DNA of 27,674 nt, from NCBI GenBank assembly GCA_964632485.1, contig CAZWDO010000016.1, positions 62,001 to 89,674 on the forward strand, in the 5' to 3' direction. Of this stretch, positions 18,891 through 27,329 are shown in pieces. Every line of letters starts with the position of its first letter. Position 1 is the stretch's first letter. A program made the position numbers and the translations under genes. Source of the stretch: an uncultured bacterium (lineage in GTDB: Bacteria > JAGOEH01). A model generated the notes under the pieces. The model was not told the origin of the DNA. It saw only the letters and a list, made by a program, of their open reading frames with translations, and did no database searches.

Positions 18891-19328
18891 CTATTCCATC
18901 AGAGCCGGCCCCTTGCCGATGTTCATTTTACCCTGGTAATACCGTTTTTTAATAGCAGGGTAATCCTGGTGCCATTCTTCCAATCCCTGCCGATTAAGTT
19001 TGCATAGGCTGTAAACCTTAATATTGTGGGGAAGGATTGCTGCTCGGTCGGCGCAGGGCTGAAGCTTTTCGCAGGGGAATTCTCCGCATAAATGGCAGAA
19101 CTCAACTTGATGCTTTTGAACGCATTCCCATGTAGCGCAGGTAGTAGCGATCACCGGGCATTTTCCTTCCAATTCCCGGCAGCCGGGACAGGGGAGCCGG
19201 TCCGCGGGAATTCCCTTAGCTACTAAGTTATCAAATAGTTGAGGATTGCTGCCTGCAAGATAGCATTCACAATAGCCGCAATGGATTCCACAAGGCGCGG
19301 CCATTTTTTGAATTGTTGGGCTGTCCAT
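18891..19328 (-). CDS. DUF3795 family cysteine-rich protein
   Basis: APCGIHCGYC...CPGCR...C...C...C...FCHLCGEFPCEKL pattern. AAAGGAGA RBS upstream. Confidence 0.85.
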   Translation of the reverse strand: MDSPTIQKMAAPCGIHCGYCECYLAGSNPQLFDNLVAKGIPADRLPCPGCRELEGKCPVIATTCATWECVQKHQVEFCHLCGEFPCEKLQPCADRAAILPHNIKVYSLCKLNRQGLEEWHQDYPAIKKRYYQGKMNIGKGPALME

Positions 19329-19390
19329 GTTATCTCCTTTCTATAATTGTTGATTTCATATAACGTTCACGGAGTGGGTCCGGTTTTATT

Positions 19391-20287
19391 TTAATCCTGG
19401 TTCACTTTTGACGGATAGCGGATCGTATCGCCGGGGATAAACAGCGAAACCGGTTGGTTGATATCGAAGCTGAACAGCTTTTCAGGGTGTGTGAGGCGGA
19501 TGGTTCGCACTTCTTTGATACTTTCAATGGGGGCGAAATAAACGTCGCCGAATCCGTTAGTGCTTTTCTGGCTGGACCAGAAGATGATGCCCAGTTCTTT
19601 TTCAGCATTGAGATACCAACCCAGGAAAACCACGGAATGTCCATTGCCCTTTTTCCACTGAATATTCATGAAATCTCCCGGGCGGGCGTGTTCGGGTTCG
19701 ATAGGCGCGCCCATGTCGCTGTATTGACGCAGAGCGAAATCGCAACCCGGGCCATCGGCATTCCAATATCCCCAGAATTTGATCAGATCTTCACGCCGAC
19801 CACCGTCCGCTTCCTGCATGCGCATCGCTTCCACTCGTTCGGGTGAGAGGGTCGCTGAGTTTTTGGATAAAATCAGGTTCAAGGCTTCAATGAATACCGC
19901 ATAAGAGGAACCGCTGCAGTAACTGCTCGTCCGTGGCGGGGTTAACAGGGAATGTCCCAGCAGTTTCAATTCATAGCCGATCGGGGATTCCGGGGGGTCC
20001 GCCTTGATGCCGACAAAGTATTCGCCGCCGTCCATCGCTGTGGCCTGTACTATATCGATGGCGCGGATTACATCCAGATTGTATCCACTGACATATTTCT
20101 TATAGATTTCGTAATGGTTTAAATGTTGAGGGCGTTTGGGCAAATCCGTGGTATCGATAATCAGCCATGAGTCTTCGATCCGGGTGGGGTTCAATTCATT
20201 TTGGGGAGTTTTAATCTGTTTGCCGGCGCTGCAGGCGATTCCTGCGATTATCAGCATCCATCCTAAGATGTTTTGAATTTTTACCAT
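19391..20287 (-). CDS. Putative lipoprotein with an NlpC/P60 (papain-like) Cys-His catalytic core
   Basis: The ATG at 20287 follows GAAAGGA (track start is 20302). Hydrophobic signal ending IAGIA-C. SYCSG, RPGDFM and GHSVVFLG resemble the NlpC/P60 DCSG, PGD and GH motifs. Confidence 0.65.
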   Translation of the reverse strand: MVKIQNILGWMLIIAGIACSAGKQIKTPQNELNPTRIEDSWLIIDTTDLPKRPQHLNHYEIYKKYVSGYNLDVIRAIDIVQATAMDGGEYFVGIKADPPESPIGYELKLLGHSLLTPPRTSSYCSGSSYAVFIEALNLILSKNSATLSPERVEAMRMQEADGGRREDLIKFWGYWNADGPGCDFALRQYSDMGAPIEPEHARPGDFMNIQWKKGNGHSVVFLGWYLNAEKELGIIFWSSQKSTNGFGDVYFAPIESIKEVRTIRLTHPEKLFSFDINQPVSLFIPGDTIRYPSKVNQD

Positions 20288-20374
20288 CTGAGTTCCTTTC
20301 ATCTTTTTTATAATGGAAATCGGGAATGCGTGTCCAGTGGCTCTATGCGTGAACCGAATAGTGAGGCGTCTCTT

Positions 20375-20403
20375 AATTTAATTAAAAAACAGAGAATTGT
20401 CAA
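20375..20403 (-). promoter_or_regulatory. Putative sigma70 promoter for the lipoprotein / DUF3795 / GT-C cluster
   Basis: Minus strand TTGACA (20398-20403), 17 nt spacer, TAAATT (20375-20380). Confidence 0.5.
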
Positions 20404-20733
20404 GGAGAATCAAAAGGATTTACCGGTTAGTATTCTGAGATTGTTCATACTTGTATCTATCGCTGGGAGACGGATCAAATTCGTCAAGCTGTTCTCGTGG
20501 ATCGGGGCATTGCGGCTGATGGAAAATTGGGCAAGAACAAGGGGATATTCGATTCTGTCTTTTGCATTGCAAACTACTATAAAACTAGCTTGAAAAAAAG
20601 AAGGGTCTTGCGTCAAAATTATTTAAAGGACATTTTTTTATTGACTTTATCCCCCAGATTTGTAAAGTTAATGTTGATCCTGGACCCCAGTTTCTTAACA
20701 GCCCATATAACAATTAAACTTGAGATATTAATT

Positions 20734-21987
20734 ATGGCAAAAATGTATCCTTCAGAAATCGATACAAATTCGGAAATTCCAAATTCAGAAAAAAAAATAT
20801 TTAAGGTATTGGCAAAATTACCGGATGATTATCATGTTATTCATTCTTTAAAATGGTGGAAAAGTTGGAATAATCAAGGGGAGTGCGATTTTATTATTTT
20901 TCATCCTGACCGCGGATTTATTGCCCTTGAAGTCAAAGGTGGGCGGATAACTCTTGATAATTTCCAGTGGCATTCCATTGACCGTAACGGTTGCCAACAT
21001 AAAATAGATAATCCAATTTCACAAGTTAAAAATGCGATGCACGCTATTATTAAAATTTATCAATCAAAATATGGTAAGTTTAATGGATATTTTTGCTGGG
21101 GTGTCTGTTTTCGAGATTGTATCTGGGATATTAAGACGGATATTCTGGAAACTTCTAAAGATAATATATTGGATTTCGGTACCCCAGAGGATTTTTATTC
21201 AGACCGGCTTCCGTTAGCTCTATTGAATTTATTGGAGAATGTAAAAAATGATCCGTACTACTATTCGCTTTATCGGGAATTGAATTATGATGCCGTAATA
21301 ATTGATGAAGGGCAGGATTTTAATAAAAATTGGTGTGACTGTATTCAATTGCTGTTTGAAAAACCCCGGAATCGGATTTTTTACGCTTTTTTTGATGAGA
21401 ACCAGAATATTTTTCAAAAATATAAAGAACTCCCGATTATTAAGCTGATTACAAGCGGAAATCCAAATCAGCATATATTCAGGTTAACCGATAATTTGAG
21501 AAATACATCTGAGATTTATAATTTTGCAGTAAATCAAACCGATTTGGGAAGAACGGCGCATCCCATTGTTTTAACCGGATTAGAGCCTGAAATAGTAACC
21601 TTCAATAAAAGTAATCGACTATTTCATTATTTATCGGCTCAAATTGATAAATTAGTCAAAGTTCATCATATTGATAATAAGAAAATCGTTATACTTTCGA
21701 ATCGGAGTTTTGAGAATTCTATTTTCAATTCTGTAGAAAGTATCGGGAATTATCATTTAATCACATCAGATAAAGAGGTACAAAATAATTCAATATGTTT
21801 TAAAACCATTCATTTATATAAAGGAATGGAATCAGATATTGTATTTTTAGTGATCCACCAGAGACAAGAAGAATTAGAAAGAAATACTCAATATTTATCA
21901 AATGAATTGATATATGTAGGTTGTACCCGCGCTAAGCATTTGCTTCATGTCATTTATTTTAATCCAATTTTCGCAGGCTGTCAGTAA
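20734..21987 (+). CDS. NERD nuclease fused to SF1 (UvrD-like) helicase motifs II-VI, lacking Walker A (possible internal deletion)
   Basis: Likely start is MAKMYPSE at 20734. NERD motifs SEKKIF...GECDFII...ALEVKGG...NPISQ. Helicase motifs IIDEGQDF, FDENQNIF, NLRNTSEI, TIHLYKGMESD and YVGCTRAK. No GxxGxGK[TS] anywhere in the ORF. Confidence 0.8.
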   Translation: MAKMYPSEIDTNSEIPNSEKKIFKVLAKLPDDYHVIHSLKWWKSWNNQGECDFIIFHPDRGFIALEVKGGRITLDNFQWHSIDRNGCQHKIDNPISQVKNAMHAIIKIYQSKYGKFNGYFCWGVCFRDCIWDIKTDILETSKDNILDFGTPEDFYSDRLPLALLNLLENVKNDPYYYSLYRELNYDAVIIDEGQDFNKNWCDCIQLLFEKPRNRIFYAFFDENQNIFQKYKELPIIKLITSGNPNQHIFRLTDNLRNTSEIYNFAVNQTDLGRTAHPIVLTGLEPEIVTFNKSNRLFHYLSAQIDKLVKVHHIDNKKIVILSNRSFENSIFNSVESIGNYHLITSDKEVQNNSICFKTIHLYKGMESDIVFLVIHQRQEELERNTQYLSNELIYVGCTRAKHLLHVIYFNPIFAGCQ

Positions 21988-22325
21988 TTTTGTTTGAATT
22001 TGTTATAAATAAATATATTACAGGTGTTAAAATATTTATGTCAGGAAATAATCCGAGAGTTTTGACAGATTATCAAAAATTAAATTTTTGCGATTCAATT
22101 TTATTTTTTCTAAAATATGCAAGTTGGGATAAGACCAGCACCCACAAAAGCGAGTTTGATATTTAAACCTAATCTTTTTGATTGCAATTAAGTATATATT
22201 TATTAAACTTGGAAAACCCAATATATTATACCAATGGATTTTGGGGTATGGTGTATATGTGCGATTTGTCTATGTTTTTATGGGCAGAATACGATGGATG
22301 ATGTTAGCTGAATGGTATAATAATG

Positions 22326-22357
22326 AAGGCTCCATGGAGCTTCCATGGAGCCTTTTT
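22326..22357 (+). terminator. Strong hairpin / intrinsic terminator between convergent units
   Basis: AAGGCTCCATGGA-gct-TCCATGGAGCCTT is a perfect 13-bp stem, ending in a T-tract on the plus strand. Confidence 0.75.
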
Positions 22358-22383
22358 CCTGTGCGGTTATGGTGAAGGATTCG

Positions 22384-22773
22384 TCAGTTATTTTGCTGCT
22401 GTAGTTTTTGATAGCGCGATATCAGCCATCCCCAGGCAATAGCGGAAAAGAAGAGCACGATCAGGCCGAATTTGATAGTCAATAGCGATTCGGCATAGCC
22501 TTGGGCGATGATCATGGGGGATATCTCCTTAGCCCGGGAAATGATCAGCATGGCATGATAGACCCCGAGGTAGTGAGCCAGATAGCCCAGTAATGTCCCT
22601 AAAAGCGCCCAGAAAAGGATGGCGTGAATGCCCCGTTTCAATTCATAGGGATTCAAACGGGAATATTTGACGTATAAATCGATGGCTTTTTTTATGGTCA
22701 AAACCAGATTAACGATGGCAATGATTAAAATCAGCCACATGAATGGACCGCCTAACATCATGAGAGTAAACAT
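22384..22773 (-). CDS. Short MotA/TolQ/ExbB-like three-TM membrane protein
   Basis: GGPFMW start, LGTLLG...G helix and IAQGYAESLLT..FGL helix. AAGGAG RBS upstream. Confidence 0.75.
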   Translation of the reverse strand: MFTLMMLGGPFMWLILIIAIVNLVLTIKKAIDLYVKYSRLNPYELKRGIHAILFWALLGTLLGYLAHYLGVYHAMLIISRAKEISPMIIAQGYAESLLTIKFGLIVLFFSAIAWGWLISRYQKLQQQNN

Positions 22774-22785
22774 AATAAACTCCTT

Positions 22786-23574
22786 TTATTCCGAAAGCAA
22801 TTTTCGGTATTCATTGTTTATAAGCGCGGACACTTTTCCCAGGAGAAAAAACCAGAGCAGCAGAATCAGAAAGGCGCCGATCAATCCTACGATCATGATC
22901 GTATAGAGTTGGATCATATCATCGGTCATCTGTCTGAAATCTGTTTCCAGGGCCTGGATATGTTCGCCCGGGATAGTCAATAGTAACAGTTTGGTTTCCC
23001 AGATGATTCCTTTCAGTCCACTTTTAAACAATTGAAAATAATACCCCCCAATCCCAATAAACAGATTCATCCCCGCCAAATAGATCAGCGGCATCAATCC
23101 TGACTTGATTCTTCGGATGATGAAATCCTTTTTCACGAATATCTGGTAAAATTTTGTCAGTGAGAAGATAAATGCGGCCAGTACCATTCCGAACATTGAA
23201 ATCACTACCTTGTTGCTTTGCGTTTGGGGCGGCAATTCCGAGAGAGTGTAAACGGACAGAAGCGCCAGTATCCCGATGCCCAGATAAAAGATCGCCTTTT
23301 CACTGATTATCCGACTGCCATGAAAGGCTTTGTAGAGTATCTTTCGGAACATGGTCTGATGGATTTTTTCCAGCTCATGAATGGTTTCGGGCTCCATGGT
23401 AAAGGCTTCTATCGTTTTTCGGATTGCTTCGGCTTCGTTAGCTCCATGCTGAACCAGCGAATCATACATATCCTCCATATCGGCATTCATTTCGATAATG
23501 ATCTGCGCGCGGGCCGTTTCCGGCAAGTTCAGATTCTCATCGATGGATCTGAGAAAAGACGAAAACTTACTCAT
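22786..23574 (-). CDS. Membrane protein with N-terminal HAAS / permease-prefix domain and about 4 TM helices (PadR partner)
   Basis: FLRSI...L.LP...R..II.EM..DMED......G..E.EAI......F is the pattern of PadR-associated HAAS domains. Its start overlaps the padR stop. Confidence 0.75.
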   Translation of the reverse strand: MSKFSSFLRSIDENLNLPETARAQIIIEMNADMEDMYDSLVQHGANEAEAIRKTIEAFTMEPETIHELEKIHQTMFRKILYKAFHGSRIISEKAIFYLGIGILALLSVYTLSELPPQTQSNKVVISMFGMVLAAFIFSLTKFYQIFVKKDFIIRRIKSGLMPLIYLAGMNLFIGIGGYYFQLFKSGLKGIIWETKLLLLTIPGEHIQALETDFRQMTDDMIQLYTIMIVGLIGAFLILLLWFFLLGKVSALINNEYRKLLSE

Positions 23575-23920
23575 GGCTCATCACTCCCAGAATCTGGTTC
23601 AGTAAAACTTCCGTAAAGGATTTCCATTCTTCTATCCGTTGTGACAGATATTTTTGTCCTTTACCGGTTATTTGGTAGAATTTTCGATCCCGCTGGCTTT
23701 GTTCCCGTTCCCAACAGCCTTTGATATATCCGTCCTTTTCGAGTTTGTGCAGTACCGGATAAATGGTTCCCAGATTGAGGGTGAGTTTGCCTTCGGTTTG
23801 CGATTCCGTAAGGGAAACAATCTGATAGCCATGGGCTTTGTTTTTGGCTAAAACTGCCAGAATGAGCGTTTCGTTGCACATTCTGGAGAGATTTTGAATA
23901 TCCAGGTTTCTTGCGGACAA
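23567..23920 (-). CDS. PadR family transcriptional regulator
   Basis: ILAVL...HGYQI...GTIYPVLHKLEKDGYI...RKFYQITGKG...W. TTG start preceded by AAGGAG. Confidence 0.95.
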   Translation of the reverse strand: MSARNLDIQNLSRMCNETLILAVLAKNKAHGYQIVSLTESQTEGKLTLNLGTIYPVLHKLEKDGYIKGCWEREQSQRDRKFYQITGKGQKYLSQRIEEWKSFTEVLLNQILGVMSHE

Positions 23921-23940
23921 TGGGTCTCCTTGGTAAAATA

Positions 23941-23989
23941 TATAATGATATTCAATGTAATGATTATCATTATATTTAACATCATTATA
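23941..23989. promoter_or_regulatory. 49-bp near-perfect palindromic operator overlapping the padR -10 element
   Basis: Arms 23941-23964 and 23966-23989 match at 21/24 positions about centre 23965. It resolves into three overlapping TRTAWTGA-nnn-TCAWTRTA-like boxes spaced 15 bp apart. Confidence 0.75.
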
Positions 23990-24012
23990 ATATATTTAAA
24001 AAGGTTTGTCAA
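23984..24012 (-). promoter_or_regulatory. Consensus sigma70 promoter of the padR operon
   Basis: Minus strand TTGACA (24007-24012), 17 nt spacer, TATAAT (23984-23989): a perfect consensus match. Confidence 0.85.
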
Positions 24013-24180
24013 GCCTTTTTTTAAAATTTTTTCCCAAAAAAGAAAAAAATTTTGAGGGTATGCTGAAGTTTTTGAATTGATAAGCGACCCATCAATTATG
24101 ATTGTATCTCAACTTTGAAAGGATATTTATTCGGGCGGGAAAAACAATCTACTCATAAATAGGAATTAATTTGGCGCAAC

Positions 24181-24209
24181 TTGACAAAGTCGGTGAAGTT
24201 GACTATACT
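24181..24209 (+). promoter_or_regulatory. Putative sigma70 promoter of the adenylate cyclase gene
   Basis: TTGACA (24181-24186), 17 nt spacer, TATACT (24204-24209). Confidence 0.7.
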
Positions 24210-24288
24210 ATCAATGATGATCATGTCAATATCAGGAGAATCGGTTCCTGAGCATAACCTGTCATAGAATAGAAGATTGGAATTATTT

Positions 24289-27213
24289 ATGGTACGATTG
24301 TTAGGTTTCCTATTAATTTTTGTTCATTGTATTTTTTTGTATGGTCAATTGTTGCCATTTAAAATGTTCTCGCTGGAGGAAGGGTTGCCGCACAGCACCA
24401 TCCAGTGCCTGCTACAGGATCGCCAGGGCTACTTGTGGTTCGGGACCTACTATGGCATCAGCAAGTTTGATGGACTGAATTTTATCAACTATTCAACGGA
24501 TGAAGGATTGCCCAACAATAAAATCTGGGCCATGATTCAGGATGATTCCGGAGCTGTCTGGATCGGTACTGATGATGGTGTGAGCTGTTTCAGCGGTGGG
24601 CAATTCACAAATAGTCGCGCTTCACGAAGCGAATACAGCAACAAGGTTTATGCCTTGCTTCAGGCGAAAGACGGCGCTATTTGGCTGGGTAGCGAACAGG
24701 GCATCCGCTGCCTGCGCAACGGAGAATTCGTCGATTTGGACTCCTCGGCGGGAATATATGATCATGCCGTCTATTCCATTCTTCAGGACCATCAGGGAGC
24801 GCTTTGGTTTGGTCGCTACAATGGAGATATTCTGATTTACGATCAAGGCAAGTTTCGAACTTTGGTAGCGGACAGTACGTCGAGCAGTCGCCTCAATTCT
24901 ATAATGGAAGCTCACGATCAAACTATCTGGATCGGCGCTTATGGGAGCGGGGTCTATACTTATCGCAATGAGAAATGGAGTCATCTATCCACCCGTGATG
25001 GTTTGGTGGATGACAATGTACTGCAGATTTATGAGGATCGGCAGGGATATGTATGGATATGCACCGATAATGGCGTCAGTCGCCTGAAAAATGATACAAT
25101 CCGCAACTATACCATCGATCAGGGATTGCCCGCGCTCAGTATCAATTCGGTTATCCAGGATCGCGAGGGCAATATATGGTTCGGGGCCAACAGTGGGGGA
25201 GCCGTTCGATTGGGTACGGAAAAATTTCAGAATTATACAGTGAAGCAGGGATTGGTTTATGATATAGTTTTTGCCATTGATGAGGATTCCAGCGGCGCCA
25301 TTTGGTTTGGAGCGGATGAGGGAAGGGTATCGCGCCTGCGGGATGGCAGATTCAACACCTTGACGTTCCCGGATGGCATCAATAACTATGGTATTTATAG
25401 CATTAAAAAGGACCATCGAGGAAAAATCTGGATTGCTACTTACGGTGGCGGGGTAGTTTGTTGGGATTATCATGCATTTATTCGTTATACGGTTCGAGAC
25501 GGATTGACCAACGATCGCGTGTATTGTGTGGGACCGGCAAATGACGGCGGGGTCTGGCTGGGCACATATTCAGGTCTATGCCGATATTATGAGGGCAGGT
25601 TTCAGAGCTTTACCACGAAGGATGGTTTGCCTCACGATAAAATCTATACCATTTTGCAAAGTTCCAGCGGCGATATCTGGTTTGCTACTCATGGATATGG
25701 TTTAGTGCGCTATGTTAATGGGAAATTTACGACATTCACGACCCACGATGGTCTGCCGAGCAATCAAATCTATTCATTATTAGAGGACAGCAAAGGGAAT
25801 CTCTGGATTGGAACTGGGAATGGATTGTGTAAATACGCTGATAATAAGTTTTTTGTCTATACGTCCCGGCAGGGATTATCCAATAACCTCTGCTATTTTT
25901 TGGTGGAGGATGTTACCGGTAATCTTTGGATCGGAACAGCTCGTGGCGTAAATTGCTTCGATGGAAATGACTTCACTGTATATACTTCGAAGGATGGGTT
26001 GATCTCCGATGAGATGAATGAAGGCGCCGCTTTTAAGGATAGCCGGGGCAATTTATGGTTTGGTACGGCCAAGGGTATAACCTGTTACAAGCAAAATATG
26101 ACCCAATACCAGGTACCGGTAGCGCCGCCGGTTTTTATCACGGCATTGAGGATTTTTGAAACATATCAGGAGATACGGCCTGGATTGTGTTTGAAATATA
26201 ACCGGAATTTTTTAAAGTTTGAGTTTGTTGGATTGAATTTCACCAAACCCGAGAATATTCATTATCTTTATCAACTGGAAGGATTGAGCGATAATTGGCA
26301 GGATACGCAGACGCGTTCGGCCACCTTTGCGTCCCTCTCACCGGGCAGCTATACCTTCAAAGTTGTGGCGATGATTGGCGAGCAACGCTCAAGTTGCGAG
26401 GCTCAATTCGATTTTATCATCACCCCTCCCTTCTGGTCCACGTTGTGGTTTAGAACATTGTTGGCGTTCTCGCTCATTTTTGGAGCCTGGTTTTTTTATC
26501 AAAATCGAGTGCGACGCATGAAAAAAAGAAGCGAAGAACTGGAGAAGCAGGTCCAGCAACGTACCAGGGAGTTGATGGAGGAAAAAAACAAATCGGAAGA
26601 ATTGTTGCTGAATATATTGCCCGATTTATTGGTAAGAGAGTTGGGGGAAAAGGGATTTACGATACCCAGAAAGTATGATCTGGTTACCATTGTGTTCACG
26701 GATTTCAAGGGTTTTACGGTGATTTCGTCCACGTTGCCCGCCGAGCATCTGGTCAATGAGTTGAATTTGATTTTCAACCAATTTGATGAGATAATTGAAA
26801 AATGGGGTTTGGAGAAAATAAAGACAATAGGGGATGCTTATATGATCGCGGGGGGACTTCCTGTGGAAAGCGATGATCACGCAATTCGCTGCATCCAGGC
26901 AACCCTGGAGATGCAGCATTATATTGCCTTGCGCAATCAGGATTCAGCCATTAAATGGGGAATGCGAGCCGGTATTCATTCTGGTAACATTATTGCCGGC
27001 GTGGTGGGCAAGAAGAAATTTACTTATGATGTTTGGGGGGATACCGTCAATATTGCCAGTCGGATGGAGAGCGCAAGCGAATCGGGGAAAGTCAACATTT
27101 CTGCTTTTACCTATTATCTAGTGAAGGGCCTGGTGGATTGTGAGTATCGGGGAAAAGTTCCTATCAAAGGCAAGGGTGATGTCGATATGTATTTCGTGAA
27201 CTCTCTACGTTAA
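24289..27213 (+). CDS. Receptor-type class III adenylate cyclase: Reg_prop beta-propeller repeats, Y_Y_Y domain, TM helix, coiled coil and cyclase domain
   Basis: Signal peptide (ATG 24289, or TTG 24277). About 14 GL..N.I..I.QD..G.IW.GT repeats; Y_Y_Y-like YLYQLEG...LSPGSYTFKV; PPFWSTLWF TM helix; cyclase motifs FTDFKGFT, KIKTIGDAYM and YDVWGDTVNIASRMES. Confidence 0.93.
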   Translation: MVRLLGFLLIFVHCIFLYGQLLPFKMFSLEEGLPHSTIQCLLQDRQGYLWFGTYYGISKFDGLNFINYSTDEGLPNNKIWAMIQDDSGAVWIGTDDGVSCFSGGQFTNSRASRSEYSNKVYALLQAKDGAIWLGSEQGIRCLRNGEFVDLDSSAGIYDHAVYSILQDHQGALWFGRYNGDILIYDQGKFRTLVADSTSSSRLNSIMEAHDQTIWIGAYGSGVYTYRNEKWSHLSTRDGLVDDNVLQIYEDRQGYVWICTDNGVSRLKNDTIRNYTIDQGLPALSINSVIQDREGNIWFGANSGGAVRLGTEKFQNYTVKQGLVYDIVFAIDEDSSGAIWFGADEGRVSRLRDGRFNTLTFPDGINNYGIYSIKKDHRGKIWIATYGGGVVCWDYHAFIRYTVRDGLTNDRVYCVGPANDGGVWLGTYSGLCRYYEGRFQSFTTKDGLPHDKIYTILQSSSGDIWFATHGYGLVRYVNGKFTTFTTHDGLPSNQIYSLLEDSKGNLWIGTGNGLCKYADNKFFVYTSRQGLSNNLCYFLVEDVTGNLWIGTARGVNCFDGNDFTVYTSKDGLISDEMNEGAAFKDSRGNLWFGTAKGITCYKQNMTQYQVPVAPPVFITALRIFETYQEIRPGLCLKYNRNFLKFEFVGLNFTKPENIHYLYQLEGLSDNWQDTQTRSATFASLSPGSYTFKVVAMIGEQRSSCEAQFDFIITPPFWSTLWFRTLLAFSLIFGAWFFYQNRVRRMKKRSEELEKQVQQRTRELMEEKNKSEELLLNILPDLLVRELGEKGFTIPRKYDLVTIVFTDFKGFTVISSTLPAEHLVNELNLIFNQFDEIIEKWGLEKIKTIGDAYMIAGGLPVESDDHAIRCIQATLEMQHYIALRNQDSAIKWGMRAGIHSGNIIAGVVGKKKFTYDVWGDTVNIASRMESASESGKVNISAFTYYLVKGLVDCEYRGKVPIKGKGDVDMYFVNSLR

Positions 27214-27257
27214 TAATGCTCATCCCTTTTATTCATCTCCCTAACATCCATTTTCTT

Positions 27258-27329
27258 GTCATGCCGGGCTTGATCCGGCATCTACGGGTGATGCCACTTC
27301 CGTCATGCCGGACACTGACCCGGCATCCA
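27258..27329 (+). repeat. Two REP-like palindromic repeats (GTCA-type)
   Basis: GTCATGCCGGGCTTGATCCGGCATCT (27258-27283) and GTCATGCCGGACACTGACCCGGCATCCA (27302-27329). Both have an ATGCCGG...CCGGCAT stem after GTC. Confidence 0.7.

Noticed and set aside
20305-20372. GC-richer leader upstream of the lipoprotein gene as a possible riboswitch
   Set aside because: I recognise no riboswitch consensus or convincing stem set. An Rfam/Infernal scan would be needed.
20497-20733. 79-aa N-terminal extension of the NERD ORF in the track
   Set aside because: It does not look like protein, it contains a promoter-like TTGACT at 20641, and MAKMYP at 20734 is a typical start for this family.
22036-22375. 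Track ORFs 22036-22221 (-) and 22178-22375 (+)
   Set aside because: They are short, AT-rich and motif-free, and one runs through the terminator hairpin. Not called as genes.
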